From: an uncultured Acidobacteriota bacterium
GTDB lineage: Bacteria > Acidobacteriota > Vicinamibacteria > Vicinamibacterales > UBA2999
Assembly (NCBI GenBank): GCA_902826515.1
Contig: CADEFD010000004.1
Span: forward strand, 8,329 to 72,328
DNA length: 64,000 bases
Direction of reading: 5' to 3'
This document shows, one piece after another, positions 39,901 to 47,979 of the stretch. Position numbers and translations under genes: made by a program. The notes under the pieces are model-generated. The model was not told the DNA's origin. It saw only the letters and a program-made list of their open reading frames with translations, and searched no databases. Within the stretch, counting starts at the first letter, position 1; each line of letters opens with the position of its first letter.

Positions 39901-39982
39901 GCCGGCCGCCACGGCGTACGCCGATGCCGCGCCGCCGCGGTGGGCGTGGCTGCAGCGGGCGTGGAGTGGAGACAGCCGATGA
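36980..39982 (+). CDS. Sensor histidine kinase with periplasmic two-component-regulator-propeller repeats, Y_Y_Y-like domain, TM, HisKA_3, HATPase
   Basis: 1000 aa from ATG 36980, signal peptide. Repeated propeller-like segments (TDGYLWLATPSGLHRFDG, DGSLWALHDRG, AGIMWLSNRDGL, ...). H-box ERERIARELHDTLLQGV. ATPase boxes LINARRH, DDGLGM, GLRGMRERA. Confidence 0.9.
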   Translation: MTRRVVLGAALVLLASAASAQPRDVGLAELYHQAWGLREGAPGAVTSIAQTTDGYLWLATPSGLHRFDGNRFERLVPVEGPPLRRVVKVWAFDDGSLWALHDRGALTVFVDGTRTTFTAADGLPPHNGLELVRDAAGIMWLSNRDGLASLAGGRWHAFDAALDAPPPGAFGHGMLVDRSGAHWVSGREHLAVRRPGESRFVRLATSGGASRLVEAPDGRLWATGSTAETSGPVRAVTASGAAARAESPVVEGRDLLFDSRGALWVIHSRLGVARVHVVDGRLAGPVERFTMRDGLTRNEVFAILRDREGNIWTGTSGGLDLFRETALTRAALPPMHAARFAVAPDGTAWVGAMTHPLVRVAHGVVERTNVPTRVTGVGVDPAGTVWAWASFALWRRASSGFERVAGPPVEHDEASSLVTDRQGRLWAVFLNSGVRILTDGRWVMPDVPGLPDDQGRVRIAIADRTSRVWMGYDTGLVVRYDGARVQAVGLPPGAEYGPLTGLAESGDRIWLARRGGLAAVDGDRVHLIAGIDEGTVGFVRGLARQADGTLWLDTDRGIVRIAGDELERAVANPTVVPRIRIFDYLDGVVGGAAPRPAQSAIATSDGQLWFGSFDGVLALDPARLSAASHPPVVRVTHIRTADRDYAASDALTLPVGTTTVHVAYTGLSLTMPDRVRFRYHLDGVDAGWQEAETRREATYANLAPGTYTFHVIASNNNGVWAETGASTRFVVPPALHQTLAFRSAAVLTLAGLAWAAFRIRVRQTAAAMHGRLEAQVAERERIARELHDTLLQGVQGLILRFHAVASRMPIDAGVARDMEDALSRADDVMREGRQRVRDLRRSAEATTDLADAIARAGDEVVGDGEPIFTVAVEGASRPLHPIVRDEAYWIVREALINARRHGQARRLEAELTYGEDALCVRCRDDGLGMPPTVATAGRPEHFGLRGMRERASRIGGHLHIWSRTGAGTEVELRVPAATAYADAAPPRWAWLQRAWSGDSR

Positions 39983-40602
39983 GCACGATGGCCCGCATCC
40001 GGGTACTGACGGCGGACGACCATCCGCTCCTGCGCGAAGGCATCGCCGCGGTACTGCAGGGGCAGCCCGACATGGAGGTCGTGGGCGAAGCGGCCACCGG
40101 CCGCGAGGCGCTGCTGCAGTTCCGGCGTCTGGCGCCGGACGTCACGCTGATGGACGTGCAGATGCCCGACGTGAACGGCATCGACGCCATCCACGCGATC
40201 CGTCAGGAGTCGCCGGACGCCCGCATCATCGTGCTCACGACCTACGAGGGCGACGTGCTGGCCTCGCGCGCCATCAAGGCCGGCGCTGCCGGCTACCTGT
40301 TGAAAGGGATGCTGCGCAAGGACCTCATCGACACCATCCGTGCCGTCCACGCCGGCAAACGGCGCATTCCCGCCGAGATCGCCGTCGCGCTCGCGCAGCA
40401 TCACGCCGACGACGGGCTCACGCCGCGGGAGGTCGAAGTACTCAACCGCGTGGCTGCCGGCCATGCGAACAAGCGCGTGGCCGACGAGCTCGCGATCTCG
40501 GAGGAGACGGTCAAGACGCACATGAAGAGCATCATGGCCAAACTCGCGGCCAGCGATCGCACCCATGCCGTCACGATCGCGCTGCGTCGCGGCATTCTCT
40601 AG
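39979..40602 (+). CDS. Response regulator, NarL/FixJ (LuxR-type HTH) family
   Basis: ATGA overlap with the kinase stop. RVLTADDHPLLREG, LMDVQMPDVNG, LTPREVEVLNRVAAGHANKRVADELAISEETVKTHMKSIMAKL. Confidence 0.95.
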   Translation: MSTMARIRVLTADDHPLLREGIAAVLQGQPDMEVVGEAATGREALLQFRRLAPDVTLMDVQMPDVNGIDAIHAIRQESPDARIIVLTTYEGDVLASRAIKAGAAGYLLKGMLRKDLIDTIRAVHAGKRRIPAEIAVALAQHHADDGLTPREVEVLNRVAAGHANKRVADELAISEETVKTHMKSIMAKLAASDRTHAVTIALRRGIL

Positions 40603-40627
40603 CGGCCGCTCTCGGTATACTCGCATC

Positions 40628-41956
40628 GTGTCCCGCGTGACGACCGTCCGGGCGCCAGGCCGCGGCCGGCGCCGGCTGCTCCTGCTGGCCGTCGCCGTGG
40701 CCGGGTGCGTCGCGACGACGCTGGTGGCGGCGCAGCGCGACAGCCGCGGCGTCTGGATGGGGGTGCTCGACGAACATCCGGCGATTGCCTGGGCCACGCG
40801 CCCGACGACCGACGCGGTCGCCGCGCTCAATCGGCGGCTCGAGGCGGGCGAGGCGTCGCTCACCTTCGAGCCGGGCAGCGGCTACCTGCGCTCGGTGCTC
40901 GCCGCCCTCGATGTGTCCGCGGCCTCGCAGATGCTCGTGCTCTCACGCACCGGCGTGCAGCGCATGGTGACGAGCCCGGCCAATCCGCGTGCGCTCTTCT
41001 ACAACGAGCAGGTCTCGGTCGGGTTCATCCGCCGCTCGCCGTTCCTCGAGCTCATCGCGCACGACGCCGAGCAGGGCGCCGTGTTCTACACGCTCGATCA
41101 GCGGCCCGCCGAACGGCCCGCCTTCTCGCGGCAGGGCGGCTGCGTGACGTGCCATGTGGCCTCGGCCACGCTCGAAGTGCCCGGCTTCATGACGCGCAGC
41201 CTGGCTGCCGGCACCGACGGCACGCTCAAGCTGCGGCTCGGCAGCCACGACCTCATCGATCACCGCACGCCGTTCGAGCGCCGGTGGGGCGGCTGGTTCG
41301 TGACCGGCCGCCATGGCACATCGAGCCACCTTGGCAACACGGTGGTGGACGCGAACGACGCGCGACGCTCGCTCGTGCCCGCTGGCGCGCTGAACGCGCC
41401 GTCGCTCGACGGCGCCGTGGATCTCGCGGGCTACCCGGCGGCGACGAGCGACGTCGTGGCGCTGGCCGTCTTCGACCACCAGACCCGCGCCCTCAACCTC
41501 ATCACGCGCCTCGGCTGGGAAGTACGCGTGGCCGCGCACGAGGGGCGCGTGCCGCTCGAGACGCCGGCCGTCACCACCACGCTCGCCGACCTCGTGGATT
41601 ACCTGCTGTTCGTCGGGGAAGCCCCGATGCCTGGCGGCCTGCGCGGGTCGTCGGGATTCGCCGAGTGGTTTTCGGCCCGGGGCGCGAGAGATGCGAAGGG
41701 CCGCACCCTGCATGTGCTCGATCTCTCCACGCGCCTGATGCGGTATCCGCTCAGCTACACGATCGAGAGCGCCGCCTTCGACGCGCTGCCCGGCGAGATC
41801 CGCGCCGAGGTGTATCGCGGCCTGGCGCGGGTGCTCGTGGCCGGTGATCCGGCGCCGAAGTACGCCCATCTCACCGCGGCTGACCGCCGCGCCGTCGTCG
41901 AGATCCTGCGCGACACCCGGCCGGACGCGCGCGCCTGGGTCGCCGCGCCCCGATAG
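40628..41956 (+). CDS. Hypothetical exported protein with a single CxxCH heme motif
   Basis: GTG 40628 is in frame with ORF 40565..41956 and sits 6 nt after a TATACT hexamer. TM/signal segment RRRLLLLAVAVAGCVATTLVAAQ. QGGCVTCHVAS. The start is uncertain. Confidence 0.7.
   Translation: MSRVTTVRAPGRGRRRLLLLAVAVAGCVATTLVAAQRDSRGVWMGVLDEHPAIAWATRPTTDAVAALNRRLEAGEASLTFEPGSGYLRSVLAALDVSAASQMLVLSRTGVQRMVTSPANPRALFYNEQVSVGFIRRSPFLELIAHDAEQGAVFYTLDQRPAERPAFSRQGGCVTCHVASATLEVPGFMTRSLAAGTDGTLKLRLGSHDLIDHRTPFERRWGGWFVTGRHGTSSHLGNTVVDANDARRSLVPAGALNAPSLDGAVDLAGYPAATSDVVALAVFDHQTRALNLITRLGWEVRVAAHEGRVPLETPAVTTTLADLVDYLLFVGEAPMPGGLRGSSGFAEWFSARGARDAKGRTLHVLDLSTRLMRYPLSYTIESAAFDALPGEIRAEVYRGLARVLVAGDPAPKYAHLTAADRRAVVEILRDTRPDARAWVAAPR
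41141..41155 (+). other. CxxCH motif (CVTCH)
   Basis: tgc gtg acg tgc cat read directly from the sequence. Confidence 0.7.
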
Positions 41957-41977
41957 GCCGCGGAATTCCCCGCGGCC
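41956..41977 (+). terminator. Candidate terminator hairpin after the CxxCH gene
   Basis: GGCCGCGG-AATTCC-CCGCGGCC, a perfect 8-bp GC stem overlapping the stop codon. Confidence 0.5.
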
Positions 41978-41991
41978 CCGCAGGTATTTAC

Positions 41992-42041
41992 GAGGCCGGC
42001 GCACCGGCCCTGAGCGGAGCGCGCACAGGTGCGCCGGCCTC
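41992..42041. repeat. Perfect 13-bp inverted repeat (GAGGCCGGCGCAC ... GTGCGCCGGCCTC) with a 24-nt spacer
   Basis: Read directly from the sequence. Intergenic, between the terminator hairpin and the OMP gene. Confidence 0.6.
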
Positions 42042-42127
42042 CCGCGATCCGGCCCCCTCGCCCTGGCACGATTCCTGATGGGCTGGATGAGTGGAGTGGA
42101 AGAAACCACTCCAATGGAAGGGGCATC

Positions 42128-42748
42128 ATGACTGCGATCACACGTCTCGTGAACATCAGCGTGCTGGCTGCCGCACTCGCCGCCTTCGTGCCGGCGACGG
42201 CACTGGCGCAGACGCAGGAGCGCGAAGGGTTCTGGTTCGGCTTCGGTCTCGGGGCGGGTTCGGCGGACGTCACCTGTGACGACTGCGACGACGATGAGAA
42301 CGACCGGGAGACCGGCGCGGCCGGATCGCTGCGGGCCGGCTGGACGCTGAATTCGCGCGTACTGCTCGGGATCGAGGGCAGCGCCTGGACAAAGAAGGAA
42401 GACGTGGACGGCACCGACATCACGATCAACATGTACAACGTGTCGGGCACCGTCACGCTCTACCCGTCGGAAACCGCCGGGTTCTTCCTGAAAGGCGGCG
42501 CCGGCATGGCGTTCGTCAACTCGAAGTACGAAGAAGGCAATACGACGATCGACAGCGACATGGGCAACGGGCTCGGGCTGCTGGCGGGCATCGGCTACGA
42601 CTTCCGCCTCGGCCGGCGGGTGCGCCTGACGCCGGCGCTCGACGCCTACTACGGCAACATCGGCGACGTGAAGATCGGTGACGAGACGCTCGCCACCGGC
42701 TGGAAACAGAACGTCGTGGCGCTGACCATCGGACTGACGTTCCCTTGA
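42128..42748 (+). CDS. Small outer-membrane beta-barrel-like protein with CDDC motif (paralog A)
   Basis: 206 aa from ATG 42128. Signal peptide ending ALAQ, alternating beta-strand pattern, C-terminal TIGLTFP. About 50 percent identical by hand alignment to 45361..45966. Confidence 0.75.
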   Translation: MTAITRLVNISVLAAALAAFVPATALAQTQEREGFWFGFGLGAGSADVTCDDCDDDENDRETGAAGSLRAGWTLNSRVLLGIEGSAWTKKEDVDGTDITINMYNVSGTVTLYPSETAGFFLKGGAGMAFVNSKYEEGNTTIDSDMGNGLGLLAGIGYDFRLGRRVRLTPALDAYYGNIGDVKIGDETLATGWKQNVVALTIGLTFP

Positions 42749-42763
42749 CCCGCGCTCAGTGCG

Positions 42764-42792
42764 GGTGCGGCGCCCAGCGGGGCGGCCGCACC
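42764..42792. terminator. Candidate hairpin between convergent genes
   Basis: GGTGCGGC-13 nt-GCCGCACC, between stop 42748 (+) and stop 42823 (-). Confidence 0.35.
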
Positions 42793-42822
42793 TGCGATCC
42801 GGCGGGGCCACGACGCGTGGTG

Positions 42823-45258
42823 CTAGGGCACGGTCACCGAGACCTCGTTCGACGGCGCGCTCGTGCCCGCGCCGTTACTGGCGGTGAGGCGCAGGTAGTA
42901 GGTGCCGCTCGGCACTCCGGCGAACGCGATGCTCGAGCCGCCGAGGGGCACCGACACGATCGGCACGCCGCCCGGGGTGACCGACGCGCTGAGCGTGTAG
43001 CTCACAGGCGCACCGCCGCCGCCGGGTGACCACGACACGTTCACGGTCGATCCCGTGGCGCTGGCGCTGAGCGTGGGTGCCCCCGGCGCGGAAGCGCCGG
43101 CAACCGTCAGGACCACTTCGTTCGACGGCGCGCTCGTGCCGCCGGCGTTCTGTGCGACGACGCGCACGTAGAAGGTGCCCGCCGGCACGCCGGGAATGAC
43201 CACGCTGCTCGATGTCGCCGAGAGCGGCAGCGATGCCAGCGGCGCGGTGAAGCCGGGCGTCACGCCAGCCAGCAACATATAACCGGTCGGAGCGCCGCCC
43301 GACGCCGGAGGCGTCCATGTAAAGGCGGCCGTCGTGCCGGTCACATTGACGGCCAGGCCAGTTGGCGCCGCCGGCGCGGCCACAGTGCCGCCAGGGAACG
43401 TGACGCTGACGACCGCTGATTCCGGGCCAGTGCCGGTCCCGTTGGTCGCGGTCAGACTCAGGTAGAAGGTGCCGTTCGGGGCCGCGGTCGAGAAGGCCGT
43501 CGTGAGCCCCAGCGGCGCGACGACCACTGGCGCCGTACCAGGCGCCACGCGGGCCACGAGCGTGTAGCCCGTGGGCGCCCCGCCGGTGCCGGGCGCCGCC
43601 CACGTCAGGTTGAGGGTGTTGCCCGTGGCTGTCGCCTGCACCGATGTCGGCGCGCCAGGGACGCCGGTCGTCGCCGCGGTGCGGACTTCGAACGGCTCGG
43701 GCTCGCCGGCGACGCCGCCGCGCAGCACCACCAGGGAGGCCGTGCCGGCCGCGAGGCCATTCGGGAGTTGCGCCTCGATCCGTCCGGCGCTGACGCCGAA
43801 GAGTCCGATCGCCTGGCCGTTGACGCGCACCTCGACGTCGCCGAGGCTGGCCTGCGGCACGCCGCCCGGCGCCAGCACGGTGCCTGCGGCGAGCCGCCAC
43901 CCGACGATCGCGAATCGCGATCCCGGTGCGATGCCCGCCGCGCCCGACACCGCGTCCACCACGCCCTTCTGGCTGCGGATCTGCGCCGTCGTGGCCGCGG
44001 AGTCGATGTAGGCCGCGTTGGTCGACAGGTCGTTGGCCGCCCCGGGCAGCGCCGACACGCCGGTGGCGAATCGGCTCGCGAGCACGCTGCCATCCGGATC
44101 GACGGTTCCGGAATAGTTCGTGATGAACGCGTAGGTGCGGCCATTGGGCTGATACCGGACCGTCCCCAACGTGCCGCGCAGGGCGCCGGAGAAGGTGATG
44201 CGGTTCCCGGCGGCGACCGGCTCGATGACCCACCCGAGTCCAATCCACCACGTGGCGTTGGTCGGGTAGAACGACGGACGGGCCTGGATGGCCTGAAGCG
44301 TCGCCGGGCTGAAGATCGACGGGCTGTTGGGACGGCCGAACACGGCGTCCACCAGGCGGACCAGCGCCGGTGCCGTGGCTACCCAGCCGCCGGACCCTTC
44401 GAGGCTTTCGTTGTACCACTGGCCATACGGGTTCGGCACGAGACCAGGCACCCAGGGAAAGACACTGGCGGATCCCGCCGTGCCCGCCGGCTGGTGGTAG
44501 GCGGCCTCGTAGCGCGCCGCATTGCCCGGCTGCGACCGGCCCTCGGGCAGCGTCCGGCCGACGCGCATCGACGTGCGGATCCCGAGGGGCTCGAGAATGG
44601 TCTCGCGCGTGTAGCGCTCGTACGGCATCCCCGACACCTGTTCGACGACGAGCGACAGCAGCGCGTAGGCGATGCCGGTGTACTCGTACTCGGTGCCCGG
44701 CGTGAAGTGCAGCGGCTGCTGGAACATCCAGCGCGCGACGTCGGCCGAGGTGGCCGGCCCGCGGATGCCGAGCGCGGTGGCAATCGCGCGGCTGTTCTGA
44801 ATCGGCTCACCGCCGATCGAACGCCGCCAGCCGAGGGAATGCTGCAGCAGGTTCCGCAGCGTCACCTGCGACCAGCGGGCGTCGGGGGCGCCCCCGGCGG
44901 GCACGAGGTGGTTCAACCGGTCGACGATGCGGTCGTCGAGCGACACCTGCCCGGCCTCGACGAGCTTCATGACGGCGATGGAGGTGATCGTCTTGGAGAT
45001 GCTGCCGATGCGCATCATCGTCGTGGGCAGCATCGGCCGCGCCGTCGTGGCGTCGGCCAGGCCGACGGCGCCGGCACAATTCAGCGTGCCCGCGGTCGAT
45101 GTCGCAAAAGAGAGCCCGGTGAGAGAGAACTCGGTGCGGGCATTGCGCAGGGTGTTCTGGACCTCGACCGGGCAGGTGTCGAACGTCTCGGGTACGGGCT
45201 GCGCGTACGCCGACGCGGTAACGAGGGCGGCGAGGGCGACGAGGACGGGTAGCAGCAT
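42823..45258 (-). CDS. Secreted serine hydrolase (beta-lactamase/transpeptidase-like) with Ig-like domain and three C-terminal fibronectin type III repeats
   Basis: 811 aa, signal peptide, Sxx[19 protein letters not shown]. An Ig-like segment follows ([37 protein letters not shown]), then three repeats of about 93 aa. Confidence 0.9.
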   Translation of the reverse strand: MLLPVLVALAALVTASAYAQPVPETFDTCPVEVQNTLRNARTEFSLTGLSFATSTAGTLNCAGAVGLADATTARPMLPTTMMRIGSISKTITSIAVMKLVEAGQVSLDDRIVDRLNHLVPAGGAPDARWSQVTLRNLLQHSLGWRRSIGGEPIQNSRAIATALGIRGPATSADVARWMFQQPLHFTPGTEYEYTGIAYALLSLVVEQVSGMPYERYTRETILEPLGIRTSMRVGRTLPEGRSQPGNAARYEAAYHQPAGTAGSASVFPWVPGLVPNPYGQWYNESLEGSGGWVATAPALVRLVDAVFGRPNSPSIFSPATLQAIQARPSFYPTNATWWIGLGWVIEPVAAGNRITFSGALRGTLGTVRYQPNGRTYAFITNYSGTVDPDGSVLASRFATGVSALPGAANDLSTNAAYIDSAATTAQIRSQKGVVDAVSGAAGIAPGSRFAIVGWRLAAGTVLAPGGVPQASLGDVEVRVNGQAIGLFGVSAGRIEAQLPNGLAAGTASLVVLRGGVAGEPEPFEVRTAATTGVPGAPTSVQATATGNTLNLTWAAPGTGGAPTGYTLVARVAPGTAPVVVAPLGLTTAFSTAAPNGTFYLSLTATNGTGTGPESAVVSVTFPGGTVAAPAAPTGLAVNVTGTTAAFTWTPPASGGAPTGYMLLAGVTPGFTAPLASLPLSATSSSVVIPGVPAGTFYVRVVAQNAGGTSAPSNEVVLTVAGASAPGAPTLSASATGSTVNVSWSPGGGGAPVSYTLSASVTPGGVPIVSVPLGGSSIAFAGVPSGTYYLRLTASNGAGTSAPSNEVSVTVP
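42826..43662 (-). repeat. Three tandem Fn3-like coding repeats (approx 43384-43662, 43096-43383, 42826-43095)
   Basis: Each unit has APGAPT..(L/V)(T/S)W..P..GGAP(T/V)(G/S)Y(T/M)L....PG......PL........(V/A)P(N/A/S)GT(F/Y)Y(L/V)(S/R)(L/V)(T/V)A.N..G(T)..S(A/P). Confidence 0.8.
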
Positions 45259-45360
45259 GGCAGGCCTATTGGGGGGGTCAGGGTCGGGACGTTCTTTCGC
45301 TCTACCCGACAGAACGGAAACCGCCTGCCGGCGGGCTCATGAGCCGTGCATAGTAGAGCT

Positions 45361-45966
45361 ATGACACCCGCCACCCGCCACCTCGCCGCCTGCGCTCTGG
45401 CCGCCATCGTCGTCCTGCCGTCGCCGGCTACCGCCCAGTCGGTGCAACGCGAGGGCTTCTGGTTCGGCGCCGGCGTCGGCGCCGGACGTGCCGAGGTGAT
45501 CTGCGACGACTGCAGCGACGACGGCGCGGAAACCGGAGGGTCCGGCTACGTGAAGGCGGGGTGGACCCTGAATCCCCGCCTGCTCGTGGGTGGGGAACTG
45601 AACGTGTGGACGCGCCGCGAGGACCGCGGCGGCGCCACGGCGTGGCTCACGATGTACAACGCGTCGGCGACGCTGACGTTCTATCCGTCCGCGGTGGCCG
45701 GCTTCTTCGTGAAGGGCGGCGCCGGCGTGGCGTATCTCGACACCGACGTCGAACGCCGCGGGTCGACGGTCACGATCGATCTGGGCAGTGGTCCGGGGTT
45801 CCTCGTGGGCGCCGGCTACGACATCCGCGTCAAACGCCTGGCCCTCACGCCGGCCGTGAACTACTGGCGCGGCCACATCGGCGAGATCGAGGGCCGCGGC
45901 GTATCGGTGGCGTCCGGGTGGACACAATCGATCGTGGATGTCACGATCGGCGTCACCTTCCCCTGA
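45361..45966 (+). CDS. Small outer-membrane beta-barrel-like protein with CDDC motif (paralog B)
   Basis: ATG 45361 (the ORF-track GTG 45346 is an alternative). Signal peptide ending ATAQ, C-terminal TIGVTFP. Shares QREGFWFG.G.GAG....CDDC.DD and AGFF.KGGAG with paralog A. Confidence 0.75.
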   Translation: MTPATRHLAACALAAIVVLPSPATAQSVQREGFWFGAGVGAGRAEVICDDCSDDGAETGGSGYVKAGWTLNPRLLVGGELNVWTRREDRGGATAWLTMYNASATLTFYPSAVAGFFVKGGAGVAYLDTDVERRGSTVTIDLGSGPGFLVGAGYDIRVKRLALTPAVNYWRGHIGEIEGRGVSVASGWTQSIVDVTIGVTFP

Positions 45967-46002
45967 CGGCGGGCCGCGCGGTCGCCTGAAGACGGCGCGA
46001 GA

Positions 46003-46308
46003 TCAGTCGTCGTCCGGGTCGAACAGGAACGTGACGGTGACCGCGTCGCCGTCGCCCTTGCCCCCGCGGTACTTCTTCGGCACGGCCAGCAACGAGCGGT
46101 TCGACTTCGTGTCGCGCCAGATGCTCGTCTCCCAGGTCACGCCGTCTACCGTGGCGGTGACGGGTGTGCGGCCCCAGGGGCGCGTGGCCGGCGGCGCGAC
46201 GGCCGCCGGGATGATCGCAAAATACCAGGCGCCCTTCCCGCTGTAGCGGAAGAGCGTCGTCCCGAACGGACCGCGCGTCGTGCGTGCGGATCCCCGGCGC
46301 GTGTTCAT
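46003..46308 (-). CDS. DUF1905 domain protein
   Basis: GKGAWYFAIIP...TATVDGVTWETSIWRDTKSNRSLLAVPKKYR...GDAVTVTF is a typical DUF1905 pattern. Start taken at ATG 46308. Confidence 0.75.
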   Translation of the reverse strand: MNTRRGSARTTRGPFGTTLFRYSGKGAWYFAIIPAAVAPPATRPWGRTPVTATVDGVTWETSIWRDTKSNRSLLAVPKKYRGGKGDGDAVTVTFLFDPDDD

Positions 46309-46331
46309 GCCCAAGGATACCGGGCTCACAC

Positions 46332-47822
46332 CTACTTCGGCGGCGGCGGTACCGGCACCGACGTGGGCGTGTCGTGATCGCAGGTGAAGAACGCGAGGAA
46401 ACGCGCCGGGGCGGTATCGCTCGCATTGGCCGACGTCGAATGTACGTCGTCGGGCGACTCGTAGAAGCTCTCGCCGGCCTGCACGATTCGCGGCGGCTGG
46501 TTGTTGAGTCCCATCCGCAGCGCCCCTTCGAGCACGTAGCCGACGACCGGGCAGGGATGCCGGTGCGGAGACGACGTGCCACCCGGCGGGTACGTGACCT
46601 CGACGAGCGAGGTGGCGATGGTGGCCCCGTTCAGCCGGGGAAGGCGCTCTGCCAGCAGACTGCGAACCGCGGCGGTGGGTGCCGGCCGTGGCAGCCGGGC
46701 CGCCACGCGGTAGATGAAACCCTTGTTGTCGTCCGAGATGCAGAGGGCCCCATCGGCGCCGGTGACGAGGCCGGCCGGCCGGCCCGAGACCGCGTCGCCG
46801 GCGAGCCAGCCGGTGACGAAGTCCTCGCTCGCCACCGGGCGTCCGGCCCGCATCACGATGCGCGCCACCGAGTAGCCGATCTTCGTCGAGCGCTGCGTGG
46901 ATCCGTGGATGGCCACGTACATCGACGAGCGATAGTCGCGCGGGAACTGCGTGCCCCGGTAGAACGTCAGCCCGAGCGGCGAGGCGTGGGCAGGCAGCTC
47001 GAACGCCGGCGGCACCACATCGCTGGTCGTGAGCGTGCGGGGCGCGTCCTTCAGCTCGGGAACAGTACTCGCGACGCTCCTGCCGTGGAAGAACGGGAAA
47101 CCGTAGTGGCGGCCCTCTTCGACCAGATTGATCTCGTCCGGCGGGTAGTCATCGCCGAGTTGTTCCTGCCCGGTGTCGGCCGACCACAGCCGTCCGGTGG
47201 CCGGATCCCAGTCGAAACCGACGGCGTTGTGGAGGCCGGCGGCGAAGGTGCGGCCGGCGCTGCCCGGGCCGTCGTAGACCTGGATGGTCGTGCGCCGCGC
47301 GTCTTCCTCGACGCAGACATTGCAGGACGATCCGATTCCCACGTAGAGCCGGCCATCGGGACCGAATGCGATCGAACGCGACGTGTGCAGCGCGGGTGTG
47401 GACGCGGGCAGCGTGACGTACGTCTCCACGTCCCCCGCCACCGCGCCCCCTGTCCATTTCACCCGCAACACCGCCGCCGTCGTGCCCACGTAGAGGTAGC
47501 CGTCCCTGAACGCGACACTGTGCGCGTAGGCGAGACCGCCGAGCAGCACCCGGGGTTCGGCCACGCCGTCGCGATTGGCATCGGGCAGCGCGACAACTTC
47601 GGCGCGCCTCGCCACGACCACCACCCCCTCCGGACTGAGCGTCATCAGCCTCGCTCCGGTGAGACCCGACGCAAACACGGAGACGGAGAAGCCGGCGGGC
47701 ACGGTGAGCGATGCCGGGGCTGGTGGCGGCACGGTGGACGCCGTCTGTGCGGCCGGATGCGCCGCTCTGAACGCGCAGGCAGCAAACGCAAGGGCGCCGC
47801 AGGCGACACGGGCGATGGACAT
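46332..47822 (-). CDS. PQQ-dependent sugar (sorbosone/glucose) dehydrogenase-like beta-propeller fused to a C-terminal cupin domain, secreted
   Basis: Start ATG 47822 preceded by AAGGAG, signal peptide. GSDH-like segments (AHSVAFRDGYLYV, FGPDGRLYVGIGSSCNVC, NAVGFDWDPATGRLW, YGFPFF). The last roughly 125 aa are cupin-like (YPPGGTSSPHRHPCPVVGYVLEGAL...QAGESFYESPDDVHSTSAN). Confidence 0.88.
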   Translation of the reverse strand: MSIARVACGALAFAACAFRAAHPAAQTASTVPPPAPASLTVPAGFSVSVFASGLTGARLMTLSPEGVVVVARRAEVVALPDANRDGVAEPRVLLGGLAYAHSVAFRDGYLYVGTTAAVLRVKWTGGAVAGDVETYVTLPASTPALHTSRSIAFGPDGRLYVGIGSSCNVCVEEDARRTTIQVYDGPGSAGRTFAAGLHNAVGFDWDPATGRLWSADTGQEQLGDDYPPDEINLVEEGRHYGFPFFHGRSVASTVPELKDAPRTLTTSDVVPPAFELPAHASPLGLTFYRGTQFPRDYRSSMYVAIHGSTQRSTKIGYSVARIVMRAGRPVASEDFVTGWLAGDAVSGRPAGLVTGADGALCISDDNKGFIYRVAARLPRPAPTAAVRSLLAERLPRLNGATIATSLVEVTYPPGGTSSPHRHPCPVVGYVLEGALRMGLNNQPPRIVQAGESFYESPDDVHSTSANASDTAPARFLAFFTCDHDTPTSVPVPPPPK

Positions 47823-47944
47823 GACAGGTCTCCTTGAACGCCGGCGAATCAACAGGATGCGGACCACGACGGCCGCCGCAGGGTGATGCGCCGCCGTCTC
47901 GTGGGCACTGTAGAGCGGAAGATGGACCTGTCAAAGAGCCAATA

Positions 47945-47973
47945 TTGACAAATTTCATTGGGCCAATCACATT
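47945..47973 (+). promoter_or_regulatory. Sigma70-like promoter TTGACA-17 nt-CACATT ending 6 nt before the MocR-type regulator start
   Basis: Perfect -35 hexamer in an AT-rich island, 17-nt spacer, -10-like hexamer with A2/T6. GTG 47980 would be at or near the transcription start (leaderless). Confidence 0.4.
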
Positions 47974-47979
47974 GCCCGC

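Noticed and set aside
40943-42811. 622-aa minus-strand ORF over the heme-protein and OMP genes
   Set aside because: It has the same shadow-ORF composition. It crosses an intergenic region with terminator hairpins, and the plus-strand genes have signal peptides and paralog support.
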